Below are positions 54,167 through 55,212 of a DNA stretch of 55,212 bases, piece by piece; position 1 is the first letter of the stretch, and each line of letters begins with the position of its first letter. The notes beneath the pieces were generated by a model. It was not told the DNA's origin. It was given only the letters and a program-made list of their open reading frames with translations, and ran no database searches. Source of the stretch: Actinomycetes bacterium (lineage in GTDB: Bacteria; Actinomycetota; Acidimicrobiia; Acidimicrobiales; Bog-793). The stretch is taken from positions 1 to 55,212 of the forward strand of contig JAJZLV010000074.1 in assembly GCA_021803215.1 (NCBI GenBank), in the 5' to 3' direction. The position numbers and the translations under genes were made by a program.

Positions 54167-55212
54167 GGAGCCGGCGCGGCCGAGACTCCTCCCGGACCAG
54201 AGGCGGCAGGCAGATCTCGTTCTGGTACGACCAGATGGAGCCGGCTCCGGCGCTGCGAGAGCCGCTCTCCGGCCGGGCCGAGGCCGACGTCTGCATCGTC
54301 GGCGGCGGCTTCACCGGGCTTTGGACCGCCTACCAGCTGCTCGTGGCCGATCCTTCGAAGCACGTCGTCGTGCTCGAGGCAGAACGGGTCGGTTTCGGCG
54401 CTTCTGGGAGGAACGGCGGCTGGGTCGAGGGAAGGCTGGCCGGGTCTCGTGAGCGCTGGGCAGCCCGGGGCGGCCCGGCGGCGGTGCTGGCGCTCGAGCG
54501 GGCGATAGCGGGAGCAGTCGACGCCATAGGACGAGTGCTGGCCGAAGAGGGGATCGACTGCGGCTTTCACAAGGGAGGCACCCTGACGGTGGCCCAGAGC
54601 TCTCTCCAGCTGGAGCGGGTGCGGGCCGAGGTCGAAGAGGACAGGAGCTGGGGCCTCACCGAGGAGGACAGCGGGCTGCTCGACGCCGAGGCCGCCCGGG
54701 CGCGCCTCGCCGTCGACGGGGTGCTCGGGGCCCGCTTCAGTCCCCACTGCGCCCGGGTACAGCCGGCCAAGCTGGCTGTCGGCCTCGCGGCGGCGGCCGA
54801 GCGTCGCGGCGCCCGCATCTACGAGGGCTCCCGGGTCAGCCGTCTCGAGCCTCGCCTGGTTCGCACTAGCCAGGCCGTGGTGAAAGCCGACTACGTGGTG
54901 CGGGCGACCGAGGCCTACACCGCGCGCCTGGCGGGCCAGCGGCGCGTGATGCTCCCGATATCGAGCTGCATGATCGCCACCGAGGTCCTCGCCGAAGCGG
55001 CCTGGCAAGAGATCGGCTGGCGGGGGGCCGAGACAGTGCTCGACGGCTCGCGTCGTTTCGTCTACTTGCAGCGGACCTCGGACGGCCGGATCGCCATCGG
55101 CGGCCGGGGCGTCCCCTACCGCTTCGCCTCCAGGACAGATTCCGAACAGCCGCCGCCGAGCGGGGTGGTGGCCGCCCTCGCTGCCCGCCTCTGCGCGCTC
55201 TTCCCCTCCTTG
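54163..55212 (+). CDS. FAD-dependent oxidoreductase (DAO family), paralog of 48196..49584; 3' end off window
   Basis: A hand-read frame from GTG 54163 (GTGA overlap with the permease stop) is stop-free to the window end. It reads ..ISFWYDQMEPAP..ADVCIVGGGFTGLWTAYQL..FGASGRNGGW..IATEVL... It is not in the track because it has no stop in the window. Confidence 0.75.
   Translation, partial: MRSRRGRDSSRTRGGRQISFWYDQMEPAPALREPLSGRAEADVCIVGGGFTGLWTAYQLLVADPSKHVVVLEAERVGFGASGRNGGWVEGRLAGSRERWAARGGPAAVLALERAIAGAVDAIGRVLAEEGIDCGFHKGGTLTVAQSSLQLERVRAEVEEDRSWGLTEEDSGLLDAEAARARLAVDGVLGARFSPHCARVQPAKLAVGLAAAAERRGARIYEGSRVSRLEPRLVRTSQAVVKADYVVRATEAYTARLAGQRRVMLPISSCMIATEVLAEAAWQEIGWRGAETVLDGSRRFVYLQRTSDGRIAIGGRGVPYRFASRTDSEQPPPSGVVAALAARLCALFPSL

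Overview
This is a very GC-rich, gene-dense bacterial chromosomal window. Gene content and codon bias look Actinomycetota-like, but the taxon cannot be proven from the sequence alone. I support about 45 CDS by motif-level reading of the supplied translations plus hand translation. Many long ORFs in the track are antisense or frame shadows typical of high-GC DNA and were discarded. Several real genes start well inside the longest ORF.

Layout, left to right:
- A partial secreted coiled-coil protein with a Gly/Ser repeat.
- A type-B carboxylesterase whose stop codon lies inside a hand-folded 73-nt tRNA.
- A decayed large-serine-recombinase remnant plus a lower-GC DinB-family gene, which together look like a small island remnant.
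- DUF885, lgt and a thiolase.
- A ~600-bp gene-free gap packed with GNRA-tetraloop hairpins, a candidate structured RNA.
- A nitroreductase, then a tightly coupled operon of two double-domain YbjQ/UPF0145 proteins, a small hypothetical and a PNPOx-like flavoprotein.
- panE, a YcaQ-like gene and an S53 sedolisin carrying an IPT/TIG domain.
- A large choline/glycine-betaine catabolic supercluster. The plus strand carries betA, an aldehyde dehydrogenase, a dimethylglycine-dehydrogenase-like FAD/GcvT fusion and etfBA. An unrelated cfa-family methyltransferase gene separates this block from the minus-strand operon, which carries iclR, a corrinoid protein, a methyl-THF methyltransferase, a RACo-type activator, DUF1638 and metF. 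A non-Pyl MttB-family methyltransferase is divergent from that operon.
- A GT28 glycosyltransferase, then a yihY-yjbQ-membrane-protein operon containing a perfect 5x15-nt tandem repeat that carries five in-frame ATGs.
- A LacI-controlled Opp/Dpp-type ABC transporter with a GH1 beta-glucosidase, where a clear promoter and two palindromic operators are visible.
- A second SBP-permease-permease module. Each of the two transporter modules is followed by a paralogous FAD oxidoreductase.

No CRISPR array, rRNA or intact mobile element was seen. All functional calls rest on recognised sequence motifs, because no database search was possible.
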